A stretch of DNA of 64,000 nt from Dehalococcoidia bacterium (GCA_965248475.1 OZ252106.1:20746-84745); one strand, 5' to 3'. Positions 28,008 through 38,221 are shown, counted from the first letter of the stretch. Notes: generated by a model not told the origin, from the sequence alone. Numbers and translations are program-made.

Positions 28008-28319
28008 TTGCGTGACTACGAGTTAATGATGGTTATAAGCCCTCAGGTGGATGAAGAGGCCTCCGCCGCGTTGCTGGAGCGCGTAGGCCAGGTCATAACC
28101 GACGGCGGTGGTTCTGTTACTCTCCAGGAGCCCTGGGGTACAAGGCGGTTGGCCTACCCGATAGATGAGTTCCGTGAGGGGAACTATATCCTGACTCATC
28201 TTACCCTGGAGCCTGACGCTATTGGAGGGCTGGATACTCACTTGAAGTCTGTAAGTGATGTCATCCGCTACCTGCTAGTGAAGCGGGACATCAAAACCAG
28301 TAGTGAGGAGAAGCGGTAA
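28008..28319 (+). CDS. rpsF: 30S ribosomal protein S6
   Basis: (L/M)RDYELMMVISP..WG.RRLAYPI..EG.Y. TTG 28008 is preceded by GGAG. It is the first gene of the conserved S6-SSB-S18 cluster. Confidence 0.9.
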   Translation: MRDYELMMVISPQVDEEASAALLERVGQVITDGGGSVTLQEPWGTRRLAYPIDEFREGNYILTHLTLEPDAIGGLDTHLKSVSDVIRYLLVKRDIKTSSEEKR

Positions 28320-28744
28320 TGGTGGGGCTAAACAAGGTCATGGTCATTGGCAACATGGGCACTGATCCTGAGATGCGCTACACGCCCAATGGCAACCCAG
28401 TCACCTCATTTCGGATGGCCACGAGCCGTTCTTATACGTCGCCAGACGGTGAGCGCCACCAGGAAACCGAATGGTTCACGGTAATAGCGTGGAACCAGTT
28501 GGCGGAGCAGTGCAACCAGTACCTTTCGAAAGGTCGTAAGGCATACGTGGAGGGAAGGCTGCAGAGCCGGAGTTGGGAAGGGTCGGATGGTCAGACCCGG
28601 TTCAGAAACGAGATAATCGCGTCCAGGGTGCTTTTCCTTGACCGCGCACCGGGATCGCAAGGCGGCGAGTCTGAGGGTGGTGAGTCTGAGACTCCCGCGC
28701 CCGCGGAAGCCGCCACCGTAGAGGCCGAAGATTTACCCTTTTAA
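28319..28744 (+). CDS. ssb: single-stranded DNA-binding protein
   Basis: LNKVMVIGNMGTDPEMRYTPNG.PV..F..AT OB-fold start, acidic tail ending DLPF. ATG overlaps the rpsF stop (TAATG). Confidence 0.95.
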   Translation: MVGLNKVMVIGNMGTDPEMRYTPNGNPVTSFRMATSRSYTSPDGERHQETEWFTVIAWNQLAEQCNQYLSKGRKAYVEGRLQSRSWEGSDGQTRFRNEIIASRVLFLDRAPGSQGGESEGGESETPAPAEAATVEAEDLPF

Positions 28745-28768
28745 GATGGGGAAGCAGGAGCAAACAGC

Positions 28769-29065
28769 ATGACGACCGGACGGCCGCCGCCGCGCCGACG
28801 GCGAGAGGGTGGAGGCAGGTTCTTCAGACGCCGGAGGGTTTGTTCCTTCTGCGTGGACCATGTTACGCATATCGACTACAAGGACTTCAGTTCCTTGCGG
28901 CGCTATATCTCTGACCGGGCTCGCATAGACCCGCGTCGTAAGACTGGGACCTGCACGAAGCATCAGCGTGCGCTCTCATTGGCGCTGAAGCGTGCGAGGA
29001 ATCTTGCACTGCTTCCATTTACGCCTAACCATCTGTACGTAACGGGAGTCGCTTCGGGCCGCTAG
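28769..29065 (+). CDS. rpsR: 30S ribosomal protein S18
   Basis: C.FC......IDYKD...LRRYIS.R.RI.PRR.TG.C.KHQR.L..A.KRAR..ALLPF. Confidence 0.9.
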   Translation: MTTGRPPPRRRREGGGRFFRRRRVCSFCVDHVTHIDYKDFSSLRRYISDRARIDPRRKTGTCTKHQRALSLALKRARNLALLPFTPNHLYVTGVASGR

Positions 29066-29075
29066 CAGGGGTCCA

Positions 29076-30179
29076 TTGGATGTTCGCCCCAAGTCGTCTC
29101 CAGGGGAGCGCTTGGGGACTCCGTTCATCATTTCCATCATGACTACGCCAAGCCGCGAACATCAGCCCAGAGTAGGTGCCAGGCGGAGACAGGCCTCTCG
29201 CGCGCAGCGTGAGCGAAGGCGCCAGCGTTTGCTGATGGCCTTCGTGGTGGTCGTAGTACTTCTTATCGTCGGCATTCCTGCCTACGGTTACTATGACGCC
29301 TTCGTAGAACCGCCCAGACGGACCATTCTTACCGTCAATGGTGTTGAACACACCCTGGGCGAGGTTGCCACGGTGACACGGGCCACGGTAGCGACTATGG
29401 TGAGCCAGGGGCAAACGCCGGAGTTGTCATCTCTCCCGTTTGAGGTGTACATCAATCTGGTGGATGAGGAGTTGATGCGCCAGGCCGCACCTCAGCTTGA
29501 TATTTTCGTTACCCAGGACGACGTTGACGCTAGGCTCCGGGAGGTGTACTACCCCCAGCCTCCCGTGGGTGAACAGACAGACCCCGGTGCGCTGGAGCGT
29601 GAGTTCGAAGAGATCTATCGCCGCTACCTGTCGCTTACGGGGTTTACGGATGAGGAGAACCGAGAGCGCTTAAGGACCAGTATTCTCCGTCAACGTATAC
29701 AGGACCTGTTGAAGGAACAGGTGCCCTTTGTTGCGGAGCAGGTCTACACTTTCTGGTTTCGGTTGAGTGATGACGACCAGATCGAAGAGGTCATCCAGCG
29801 CATTGGTGATGGCGAGACGCTCGACACCCTGGCCCGCACCTACGGCGCGACTGACCGGTTTGCCGATGACGACGGCCTGGTGGGCTGGGTACCCAGAGGG
29901 GCCATCCCAGGCCTGGACGAGGTCCTGTTCTCTATAGAACACGATACTATCAGCGAGCCGACCACGACCCAGCGGGGCATCTACGTGGTCAAGGTCACCG
30001 ATGGCCCCGATATAAGGGAGATCAGCGAGGAGATGCGCACCGCTCTGCAGGTTGAGGCCATGTCTCTGTGGCTAACCCAGCAGCGGGCCGAAAACGATAT
30101 CTCCGGCAGCTTCCCGTCCGGCGCCTACCAGTGGGTGGTAGACCAGGTACGGGAGATTGTTCCCACCACTGCCCCGTAG
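29076..30179 (+). CDS. membrane-anchored parvulin-type peptidyl-prolyl isomerase (SurA/PpiC-like)
   Basis: N-terminal TM helix (LLMAFVVVVVLLIVGIPAYG), C-terminal PpiC-like block (..DDGLVGWVPRGAIPGLDEVLFS..IS.P..T..G.YVVKV). An ATG 29139 start is possible. Confidence 0.7.
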   Translation: MDVRPKSSPGERLGTPFIISIMTTPSREHQPRVGARRRQASRAQRERRRQRLLMAFVVVVVLLIVGIPAYGYYDAFVEPPRRTILTVNGVEHTLGEVATVTRATVATMVSQGQTPELSSLPFEVYINLVDEELMRQAAPQLDIFVTQDDVDARLREVYYPQPPVGEQTDPGALEREFEEIYRRYLSLTGFTDEENRERLRTSILRQRIQDLLKEQVPFVAEQVYTFWFRLSDDDQIEEVIQRIGDGETLDTLARTYGATDRFADDDGLVGWVPRGAIPGLDEVLFSIEHDTISEPTTTQRGIYVVKVTDGPDIREISEEMRTALQVEAMSLWLTQQRAENDISGSFPSGAYQWVVDQVREIVPTTAP

Positions 30180-30259
30180 GTAATACCGCGAGTCTGCTCG
30201 CTGGGGACGGTCTGGAAGCGCCTTTGAAGTTGCACCGATAACTGATCCACTACTATTGA

Positions 30260-31564
30260 ATGGATAAAGACGGAAAGATAGGCATCGGTCTGCTCGGCCT
30301 TGGAGTCGTGGGCTCCGAGGTGGCGCGTATCCTGGTTGAGAAGTCGGAGCGCCTGGCGCAGCAGGTGGGTGCGCCGCTGGTCATATGCGGTGTTCTAGTC
30401 AGAGACACTGGCAGGCTCAGGAGCTTTGAATCGCTCTCCCATCTCACTACCACTGAACCCGCAGATATACTAAATAATTCGCAGGTGGATATTGTGGTGG
30501 AGCTGATGGGCGGGGAGGAACCAGCCGCGGACTATCTGCGCAACGCCCTGACGCAGGGGAAACATGCCGTTACAGCCAACAAGGAGGTAATGGCGACGCA
30601 AGGGCCGGAGCTGATCCGGCTGGCGGAAGAGCAGGAGGTCAACCTGCTGTATGAAGCCAGCGTGGGTGGTGGGATTCCTATTATCGGCCCTCTTCGCAAG
30701 GACATGCTAGCCAACGAGGTGACATCCCTTCACGCCATAATCAACGGCACCACCAACTACATTCTTACCAGGATGTCTCAGGAGGGGACTGACTTTCAGA
30801 CGGCACTGGAATCTGCCCAAGAGCTTGGGTACGCCGAGGCCGATCCGTCCAAGGATGTCGATGGGACTGACGCTGCCTTCAAGCTGGCTATACTGGCGAC
30901 ACTGGCTTTTCATACGCAGGTTGTGGTCAGTGACGTTTATCATGAGGGCATATCCAGGCTGACATCGGAAGATTTCCGGTACGCCAGGGAGTTGGGGTAC
31001 GCTATTAAGCTGCTGGCTGTGGCCCGCAGCGATGAGGCGGGCCTTTCCCTGCGCGTACACCCGGCACTGATCCCGGACGAGCATCTCCTGGCGAAGGTTG
31101 ACGGCCCGTTCAACGCTGTTGAGATTGAGGGCGATCTGGTTGGTCGCGTGGTGTTCCACGGTCAGGGCGCGGGCCCAGGGCCTACTAGTAGCGCCGTGCT
31201 AGGTGATATCCTGGAGGTTGCTCGAGGGATAGCCTCCGGTCGCAGGCCTATAAAACGGGGTTCCCTGCGGAATGGGCTTTCGATAGTGCCTATGGAGGAG
31301 TTGGTCACTCAGTACTATGCTCGAGTCACAGTCGCGGACAGAGCCGGAGTACTGGCCCAGATAGCTGCGGTTCTTGGTGAGTTGGACATCAGCATAGCGT
31401 CGGTGATACAGAAAAACGTGGATCACGCCAACCTGACGGCGGAGCTGATGATAATGACCCACACATCCAGGGAGGCAGACGTGCGGGAGGCGGTTCGTAG
31501 GCTAGAGGGGTTGGAGGTGGTCAAGGAGATCGTCAGCCTGATCCGCGTGGAGCATTGGCCTTAG
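30260..31564 (+). CDS. hom: homoserine dehydrogenase
   Basis: IGIGLLGLGVVG NAD fold, ..EASVGGGIPII.. catalytic block, C-terminal ACT domain. Confidence 0.93.
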   Translation: MDKDGKIGIGLLGLGVVGSEVARILVEKSERLAQQVGAPLVICGVLVRDTGRLRSFESLSHLTTTEPADILNNSQVDIVVELMGGEEPAADYLRNALTQGKHAVTANKEVMATQGPELIRLAEEQEVNLLYEASVGGGIPIIGPLRKDMLANEVTSLHAIINGTTNYILTRMSQEGTDFQTALESAQELGYAEADPSKDVDGTDAAFKLAILATLAFHTQVVVSDVYHEGISRLTSEDFRYARELGYAIKLLAVARSDEAGLSLRVHPALIPDEHLLAKVDGPFNAVEIEGDLVGRVVFHGQGAGPGPTSSAVLGDILEVARGIASGRRPIKRGSLRNGLSIVPMEELVTQYYARVTVADRAGVLAQIAAVLGELDISIASVIQKNVDHANLTAELMIMTHTSREADVREAVRRLEGLEVVKEIVSLIRVEHWP

Positions 31565-31585
31565 ACCGGAAGGCAGCGCTGGCAG

Positions 31586-32677
31586 TTGGAAAGTTCAGAT
31601 AGCTACGATATGGTCAACCGTGGGGTGCTGGAGCACTACCGAGGTCTGTTGCCCGTTACCGAGGCGACACCATCCATTAGCCTGGGGGAGGGAAACACTC
31701 CCCTTGTACGTTCCCGTTACATAGGGCCACAGATAGGGTGCGACGATCTGTATTTCAAGTTGGAGGGCTGCAATCCCACCGGCTCATTCAAGGACAGAGG
31801 CATGGTGGTCGCGGTAGCCAAGGCCATTGAGGCTGGAAGTACAACTATTGTGTGCGCCTCCACGGGCAACACCAGCGCCTCTGCGGCTGCGTATGGGGCG
31901 TACTGCGGTTTGAAGACTGTAGTCCTGGTCCCCAAGGGCAACGTGGCCACGGGCAAGCTAGCCCAGGCAATGGCCCACGGGGCGCAGGTGCTGGTCATAG
32001 ATGGGAACTTCGACCAGGCGCTGGAGTTGGTGCGGACATTGACGTCCAGCCATCCTTTCACCCTGGTCAACTCGGTCAATCCATATCGGCTGGAGGGGCA
32101 GAAGACAGCCGCCTTTGAGGTGGTGGACGCTCTGGGCAAGGCGCCGGACTATCTATTCATACCGGTCGGCAACGCCGGCAACATTACTGCATACTGGCGG
32201 GGATTCTGCGAGTACAGCGATCTGGGCCGGAGCGATAGTAGGCCCTTGATGATGGGTTTCCAGGCGGAGGGCGCTGCACCCATAGTGGCGCGCGCGCCGG
32301 TAGAGAGACCGACCACTATTGCATCGGCGATCAGGATAGGCAACCCTGCCAGCTGGCAGAGCGCTATCGACGCCAGGGACCAGTCGGGCGGCACGATCGA
32401 CATGGTGACCGACCAGGAGATACTGGATACCTATGGGCTACTCGCTACACGAGAGGGTGTTTTCTGTGAGCCTGCGTCCGCTGCATGCGTCGCCGGGCTG
32501 GTCAAACTGGTCCGGGGCGGGCTTGACCTGAAAGGCCGTAGTGTGGTGTGCGTCATCACAGGCACGGGGCTGAAGGAGCCGGAGTTGCCGTCTCGGCTTG
32601 CCGCATCGCAGCCAAACGAGACCGCGGCGGACCTGAGTTCTGTGGAAGAGGCGCTTGGCCTGATAGCAGTTAGCTGA
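31586..32677 (+). CDS. thrC: threonine synthase
   Basis: LGEGNTPL, ..NPTGSFKDRG (PLP lysine), ..STGNTSAS.. motifs. It follows hom. Confidence 0.93.
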   Translation: MESSDSYDMVNRGVLEHYRGLLPVTEATPSISLGEGNTPLVRSRYIGPQIGCDDLYFKLEGCNPTGSFKDRGMVVAVAKAIEAGSTTIVCASTGNTSASAAAYGAYCGLKTVVLVPKGNVATGKLAQAMAHGAQVLVIDGNFDQALELVRTLTSSHPFTLVNSVNPYRLEGQKTAAFEVVDALGKAPDYLFIPVGNAGNITAYWRGFCEYSDLGRSDSRPLMMGFQAEGAAPIVARAPVERPTTIASAIRIGNPASWQSAIDARDQSGGTIDMVTDQEILDTYGLLATREGVFCEPASAACVAGLVKLVRGGLDLKGRSVVCVITGTGLKEPELPSRLAASQPNETAADLSSVEEALGLIAVS

Positions 32678-32691
32678 GCTATGGGAGAGGC

Positions 32692-33258
32692 ATGATAGAG
32701 GAGCGAACAGTCCAGGAAGCGGTCACAGAGCTCCTGCGCTACATTGGGGAGGACCCTCAGCGCAGTGGCCTGGTGGATACACCAAGGCGCGTGGCTGAGA
32801 TGTACCTGGAGCTGTTTTCCGGCGTAGACCAGGACCCTGCCAAGGAGCTGCAGGTCACATTCGACGAAGGCAACGGCGATATGGTGGTGCTGCGGGACAT
32901 CAGCTTCTACTCGATGTGCGAGCATCACCTCATACCCTTCTTCGGCTCCGCCAGCATCGGCTACCTTCCCAACGGAAGTGTGGTCGGCGTGAGCAAGTTG
33001 GTACGGGCGCTGGGGGTGCTCGCACATCGCCCGCAGCTTCAGGAGCGGCTCACCGCCCAGCTCGCGGACGCGCTGCTAAATACACTCCACCCGGAAGGCG
33101 TGGCAGTGGTGTTGAACGCGGAGCACCTTTGCATCAGTATGCGCGGCGTGCAGAAGCCGGGTACCAAGGTGGTTACCTCTGCTGTACGCGGCAGCTTTCG
33201 CCGCGAGTCGCTGAATCGCAAAGAAATACTAACGCTACTCGGGGGAGGCGCAGAGTGA
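32692..33258 (+). CDS. folE: GTP cyclohydrolase I
   Basis: GL.DTP.RVA.MY.E.F.G.., ..FYSMCEHHLIPFFG.., ..RPQLQERLT.. Confidence 0.95.
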   Translation: MIEERTVQEAVTELLRYIGEDPQRSGLVDTPRRVAEMYLELFSGVDQDPAKELQVTFDEGNGDMVVLRDISFYSMCEHHLIPFFGSASIGYLPNGSVVGVSKLVRALGVLAHRPQLQERLTAQLADALLNTLHPEGVAVVLNAEHLCISMRGVQKPGTKVVTSAVRGSFRRESLNRKEILTLLGGGAE

Positions 33259-34232
33259 CGCTTACCGTAGCGCAGGAGGGGTTCGACGAGATTTGGGCAG
33301 ATTGGGAATCGCTACTGTCTGAGTGCTCCCAACCCACGGTGTTCCAGACGCCACTATGGCATCGGGCCTGGTGGGATGAGGAGGAGGGGGAGGCCGAGCT
33401 TCGCCTGGTGGCGATTCGAGACAGCGGGGTTCTGGTGGGTGTGGCTCCTCTGATGTACCGCGACGATACGCTGATGTCTTTGGGGGACCCGGACCTGTGG
33501 GACTACCAGACGTTCGTGACAGCACGGGGGCGGGAGTCGGAGCTGTATCAGGAACTGTTCGACTACCTGGCGGAACAGCCGTGGAACAAGATGGAGCTCA
33601 GCTCGCTTCCGGAAGGCTCCCCTTCCCTTGAGCTCATCCCAGAGATGGCACGGAGCAAGGGCTATTCGGTGGATGTATCGGAGCAGGACGTATCGCCTGG
33701 GTTGCCTTTGCCGTCCAGTTGGGACGACTACCTGGCGGGGCTGTCCAAGAAAGGCCGCCACGAGCTGCGGCGCAAGTTCCGGCGTCTGGAGAACAACGGG
33801 ACATACGAAGTGTACTCAGTAGATGGAGCATTGTCCCTGGACGGCTCACTGGACGACTTTTTTCGCATGATGCGGGACAGCCGTCAGGACAAGGCCATGT
33901 TCCTTACACCGAAGCGGGAGCAGTTCTTCCGGCACATGGCTGAAGAGATGGCCCGTGCGGACGTGCTGCGGCTGTTTTTCATGGAGGTGTCAGGGGAGCG
34001 TGTCGCCAGCGTGATGTGCTTTGACTATGGGCAGGTACGGTTCCTCTACAATGCGGGGTATAATCCGGAGTACGCCCCGTTGAGTGTCGGTCTGCTGCTC
34101 AAGAGTACATGTCTCCAGCAGGCCATCGAGCAGGATATGGGGTATTTCGACTTTCTCAGGGGAGACGAGCGTTACAAGTATGAACTGGGAGCACAGGTGG
34201 TACAGGTGTACCGGATGGTAGTCCAGCGATGA
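33255..34232 (+). CDS. GNAT-fold acetyltransferase, FemAB/CelD-like
   Basis: Start set at GTG 33255, overlapping the folE stop (GTGA). ..FQTPLWHRAWW.., ..YNAGYNPEY..LSVG.. and ..YFDFLRGDE.YKY..G resemble BioF2-like/CelD-type GNAT domains. Confidence 0.65.
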   Translation: MTLTVAQEGFDEIWADWESLLSECSQPTVFQTPLWHRAWWDEEEGEAELRLVAIRDSGVLVGVAPLMYRDDTLMSLGDPDLWDYQTFVTARGRESELYQELFDYLAEQPWNKMELSSLPEGSPSLELIPEMARSKGYSVDVSEQDVSPGLPLPSSWDDYLAGLSKKGRHELRRKFRRLENNGTYEVYSVDGALSLDGSLDDFFRMMRDSRQDKAMFLTPKREQFFRHMAEEMARADVLRLFFMEVSGERVASVMCFDYGQVRFLYNAGYNPEYAPLSVGLLLKSTCLQQAIEQDMGYFDFLRGDERYKYELGAQVVQVYRMVVQR

Positions 34233-34332
34233 ACCTCTTACCGACGATGTCTCATCTTACGGACGGTTGGTTCAGGTCTGCCGTAGCGGCAGCGGTGCGT
34301 TGAAGCAACATTAGAGGCGCAAAGCGAGCAGG

Positions 34333-35571
34333 ATGTCGTCAAACAGGATCGCATTCATAAGTGTGCACGGATGTCCCCTGGCCCGCCTGGGTACAAGGGA
34401 CTCCGGTGGAATGAATGTTTACGTCCACAGGCTGGCCAGCGCCCTGGGACGCCTTGGGTGCCAGGTAGACATATTTACACGGGCTCACGACACGCAGGAG
34501 CCGTCCATCGTGGAGTTGGACGACAACACCCGGCTAATTCATCTTGAGGCTGGGCCTGTCGACGCTCCCAAAGAGGAGCTCGTCCAGTATCTGCCCGATT
34601 TTCTGTCCCGGCTCAGGGACTTTCAGCAGGACAGCGGCCTTGCGTATGACACGATCCACAGCCACTACTGGCTTTCCGGATGGGTAGGCGGCGAGCTGGC
34701 ACGGGAGTGGGGCGTGCCCCACGTAGCCACGTTCCATACCTTGGCAGAGGTGAAGAGCAGAGCGCGCGTAGGTGAAGGAGATGCGGGGCCCCGGAGCGGA
34801 GTTGAGCAGCAGGTTACCGCGGCGGCGGACGGGATCGTGGTCTCTACCGGACATGAACGCACGGCCCTGGCGCAGCTCTATGATGTGCCCGAAGAGAAGG
34901 TGTACGTCATACCCGCGGGGGTTGACCTGGATCTGTTCAAGCCCGGAGACCAGGCTGCGGCCAGGGATCAGCTGGGGTTGAATGGGGGTCGCGTGCTGCT
35001 ATATGTGGGCCGGCTGGAGCCTATCAAGGGTCTGGAGGTCCTTATGTACACCCTGGGCAGCATGGAAGAGCCAGGGGATGTGCGTCTGCTTGTTATCGGT
35101 GGTGACGGCGAGCGTGACGAGGGGTATCAGAGGATGATGGGGTTGGCCAGGGAGCTGAACATTGAAGACCGGGTAGACTTTCTTGGCAGCCTCAGCCACG
35201 GCCTGCTGCCCCTGTACTACCAGGCGGCAGACGTGTGCGTTGTACCGTCCTACTACGAGAGCTTTGGGTTGGTGGCGCTGGAGGCTATGGCATGCGGCAC
35301 ACCCGTGGTGGGCTCTCGCGTGCCGGGTCTGGAGACCATCGTACGGGACAACTGGTCTGGCTACCTGGTGCCGTGGCACTGCCCTGACGCCTTCGTAGAC
35401 CGGATAGAGGTTTTGCTGGCCAACGAAGACTTGAGACAGAGCATGGGCGAAGAGGCCCAGGTTACGGCTGCTGGGATGAGTTGGGACCGAATGGCGGTAT
35501 CGGTGGCTGAGGTATACGCGGAGCTTGAGGAGCATGGCATCCAGCGATTAGCCGGCCCCGTGAAGGGCTAA
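34333..35571 (+). CDS. GT4-family glycosyltransferase, MshA-like
   Basis: ISVHGCPLARLG..DSGGMNVYV.. N-terminal signature shared with MshA-type enzymes; C-terminal E-x7-E region (VVPSYYESFGLVALEAMACG). Confidence 0.75.
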   Translation: MSSNRIAFISVHGCPLARLGTRDSGGMNVYVHRLASALGRLGCQVDIFTRAHDTQEPSIVELDDNTRLIHLEAGPVDAPKEELVQYLPDFLSRLRDFQQDSGLAYDTIHSHYWLSGWVGGELAREWGVPHVATFHTLAEVKSRARVGEGDAGPRSGVEQQVTAAADGIVVSTGHERTALAQLYDVPEEKVYVIPAGVDLDLFKPGDQAAARDQLGLNGGRVLLYVGRLEPIKGLEVLMYTLGSMEEPGDVRLLVIGGDGERDEGYQRMMGLARELNIEDRVDFLGSLSHGLLPLYYQAADVCVVPSYYESFGLVALEAMACGTPVVGSRVPGLETIVRDNWSGYLVPWHCPDAFVDRIEVLLANEDLRQSMGEEAQVTAAGMSWDRMAVSVAEVYAELEEHGIQRLAGPVKG

Positions 35572-35585
35572 CTCTAGGCGGGGGA

Positions 35586-35775
35586 CTTCGTCCCATCCGC
35601 TCCGCCCTCGCTACCTTCTTGGGGGAAGTGGGACACCCCTCCGACTTTGTCCCGACACATCGGGATGAGCGGAGTGCCGACTCGGTCGAGCACTCGAGAT
35701 GGAATCGGAGCATCATCGGACCGAGAACTTCCCGATCCCGACGAGTCGGGACACCCTCTTTGGGCGCCCACCCAC
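35586..35775 (+). repeat. mosaic intergenic repeat copy
   Basis: Degenerate head (cttcgtcccatccgctccgccctcg), then ccgactttgtcccgacacatcgggatgagcggagtgccgactcggtcgagcactcgagatggaatcggagcatcatcggacc and the hairpin gatcccgacgagtcgggacaccc. Nearly identical to the 38767 copy. Confidence 0.85.
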
Positions 35776-35853
35776 AGTACGAGTCTTTAGTACGATAGAA
35801 TGGACTATGTGGAGTGACGTGGATGATGGCGCAGTGAAAAACGGGGAGCATCT

Positions 35854-36969
35854 ATGAGGCCTTCATATACCCTTATCCGTATCGGTGGGATACGTATAAG
35901 CGTCCATTTCACCTGGCTTTTTGCCGTTGGATTTATAGCGCTGACACTGTCAGAGGGTTTTTTCCCTGCCTACTTTAGGGGATGGAGTACCGCCACCTAC
36001 TGGGGCACCGGGATATTGGCGTCGCTGCTCCTCTTTCTGTCGGTGCTGGTGCATGAGCTGGCGCATTCTTTTGTCGCTCAGGCCAGGGGACTGAAGGTGG
36101 AGGGCATTACGCTGTTCATATTCGGCGGTGTGAGCAACATGGGCAGCGAACCCACCCAGGCCAGGGACGAGTTTGCGATAGCGGTGGTGGGACCGCTGAC
36201 CAGTCTGGTGCTTGCGGCACTCTTCTGGGCACTGTATATGGCCACTGGCGACGGCAATGGCCCTGTGGTGGCTGTCATGTTCTATCTGGGGTACATGAAC
36301 GCCCTGCTCGCTGTGTTCAATATGATGCCCGGCTTCCCGCTGGATGGGGGTCGGGTGCTCCGCTCCGTTGTGTGGGGCGTTACAGGAAACCTGTCCAGGG
36401 CCACCAACATCGCTGCAGGGGTAGGGCAGGCCTTTGGCTGGTCTCTGGTGGGCCTGGGCGTCTACCAGGTCCTGCAGGGAAGCATTGCCGGCGGCCTGTG
36501 GATGGCTGTCATAGGCTGGTTCCTGAGCAGCATCGCCGGGGCCAACCGTAAGGAGAGCATGATTGAGAAGCGGTTCCGGGGGGTGCGCGTCGATCAGTTG
36601 ATGGACCGAGGTGCGGCGGCGGTCTCGTCTGGGACGTTGGTGGAGGTATTGGTCCGCGAGCATTTCATGCAGCGGGGCAGCCGCGCCGCTCCGGTTGTTG
36701 AGTATGACAGGATCGTCGGCATCGCCACACTAACAGATGTCAGGGCAGTGCCGCAGGACCGGTGGGCGGAGGTACGGGTGGAGGAGGTAATGACCAGGGA
36801 GCCTCTCTACAGCGTGGGTCCCGACGATGAGCTGGGCGTTGCGCTGCGGATGCTGGCCGAGCATAGCTTGAATCAGGTGATGGTGCTAAGCGGTGGTCGA
36901 CTGGTCGGCCTTCTGAGCAGGGCCGACGTGATTCGGTACCTACAGTTCAGCCGGGGTCGGGGTGATTGA
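35854..36969 (+). CDS. M50-family site-2 metalloprotease with C-terminal CBS pair
   Basis: HELAHSFVA (HExxH) inside a TM helix, ..NMMPGFPLDGGRV.. second motif, two CBS-like repeats at the C terminus. Confidence 0.85.
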   Translation: MRPSYTLIRIGGIRISVHFTWLFAVGFIALTLSEGFFPAYFRGWSTATYWGTGILASLLLFLSVLVHELAHSFVAQARGLKVEGITLFIFGGVSNMGSEPTQARDEFAIAVVGPLTSLVLAALFWALYMATGDGNGPVVAVMFYLGYMNALLAVFNMMPGFPLDGGRVLRSVVWGVTGNLSRATNIAAGVGQAFGWSLVGLGVYQVLQGSIAGGLWMAVIGWFLSSIAGANRKESMIEKRFRGVRVDQLMDRGAAAVSSGTLVEVLVREHFMQRGSRAAPVVEYDRIVGIATLTDVRAVPQDRWAEVRVEEVMTREPLYSVGPDDELGVALRMLAEHSLNQVMVLSGGRLVGLLSRADVIRYLQFSRGRGD

Positions 36970-37029
36970 TCTGAGCGGGAATACGGCCTGGCAGGGTGGC
37001 TGCTCATGGCCTTCGACAGGTCCGAGTAG

Positions 37030-37110
37030 GCCCGACACGTCGAGGCTCGCGATGGAATCAGAGACTCACGATTCCTGTCGGAGTTCAGGCTGGGGGACTC
37101 CTTAGGGGCA
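37030..37110 (+). repeat. mosaic intergenic repeat, partial copy
   Basis: cccgacacgtcgaggctcgcgatggaatcagagactcacgattcctgtcggagttcagg matches the module at 14195..14250. Confidence 0.6.
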
Positions 37111-37219
37111 CGGCTGTTCCATACCTATGCGTATAAGCCCTGGCTATGCTTGGAGTGGGGGTAGGGCCCACCTGTAGAATGATGCGATATGTATCACGAC
37201 TTTGGGATTGAGGACATAG

Positions 37220-38203
37220 TTGGAACTCGCTGAGTCTCTCGGTATCTTCTCCCTGACCGCGGTGGTAATTGTGGTGGCCGCCGTTCTCCTGGCTATATCG
37301 TCAGACGTAATAGCGGACCGGTCCGGCTGGGGCCGCCTATGGGTAGGTTCGCTGCTTATGGCGGGAGCCACCTCCCTGCCGGAGTTGGTAACCAATATCG
37401 CGGCGGTACGCATAGGCGCGCCGGCGCTGGCAGCGGGGGACATTCTGGGTGCCAACATGCTCAACATGAACAACCTTGCGCTGCTGGCCAGCGGGCTGGG
37501 GGGGGGTGAGGTGTTCCGGCGGCTGATGCCCCAGCAGGCGTTGGTGGCCCTGCTAGCTATGGCGCTTACTGGAATAGCGACTCTTTCCGCAGCGCTTCAG
37601 ATAGAGATCCGCTGGCTGTTTCTGAGCCCGCCTTCGCTGGCAATTCTGGTGGGGTACGTGGTTGGATCGCGCATCCTTTATCGGATGACCGTTGAGGTGT
37701 CGGATGTGGAAACACCTGCTGAGGGGCGCTCGCTTCGCTGGGGTTGGACCATGTTCATCATATCGGCGGCGGCCATCAGCGGGTCGGCTCCGTTCCTGGC
37801 CACGAGCGCCCAGAGCATCGCCGAGATCACGGGTCTTGGCGAGAGTTTCGTCGGAGTCGTTGCCGTGGCATTCGTGACAACACTTCCGGAGCTGGTTGCC
37901 ACCGGCACGGCTTTACGGCAGGGTGCGGACGACCTGGCTGTGGCGGGCATGTTCGGCACCAACGCCTTCAACGTGGGCGCTCTGGCGGTTGCTGATATGT
38001 TCTCGCCCAGTGAATCACTGTTCGGGAGCCTGGACGGGAGTCATGTAGCTGCGGGGCTGTTCGCCATCTTGCTCATGGGTATAGCTGCGTTGCAGGTGTG
38101 GAGGCGGCGACGGCTGCCGTGGTTCTCAGTTACGGAATTCAGCACGGCGCTGATTGTGGGCGTGTACGCACTGGGACTATTCCTGGTGTACCGACTAGGG
38201 TGA
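37220..38203 (+). CDS. CaCA-family sodium/calcium antiporter (YrbG-like)
   Basis: Two alpha-repeat signatures (GATSLPELVTNIAAV and FVTTLPELVATGTAL), about 10 TM spans. TTG start. Confidence 0.8.
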   Translation: MELAESLGIFSLTAVVIVVAAVLLAISSDVIADRSGWGRLWVGSLLMAGATSLPELVTNIAAVRIGAPALAAGDILGANMLNMNNLALLASGLGGGEVFRRLMPQQALVALLAMALTGIATLSAALQIEIRWLFLSPPSLAILVGYVVGSRILYRMTVEVSDVETPAEGRSLRWGWTMFIISAAAISGSAPFLATSAQSIAEITGLGESFVGVVAVAFVTTLPELVATGTALRQGADDLAVAGMFGTNAFNVGALAVADMFSPSESLFGSLDGSHVAAGLFAILLMGIAALQVWRRRRLPWFSVTEFSTALIVGVYALGLFLVYRLG

Positions 38204-38221
38204 GACCGGGCAGGCTGTGGG

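Noticed and set aside
32916-33254. 5' extension of the GNAT ORF overlapping folE
   Set aside because: The extension is an alternate-frame reading of folE (Arg/Gly-rich, no motifs). An in-frame GTG at 33255 overlaps the folE stop and begins the recognisable domain.
35640-35715. Hammerhead-like ribozyme core in the GATGAGCGAAG segment of repeat module 4
   Set aside because: GAUGAG is followed directly by CGAA with no intervening stem II, and the flanks do not form stems I and III. The resemblance is superficial.
37498-37506. G9 homopolymer inside the CaCA antiporter gene
   Set aside because: It is in frame (..LASGLGGGEVFRRL..) between conserved transporter segments, so it is noted only as another long G tract.
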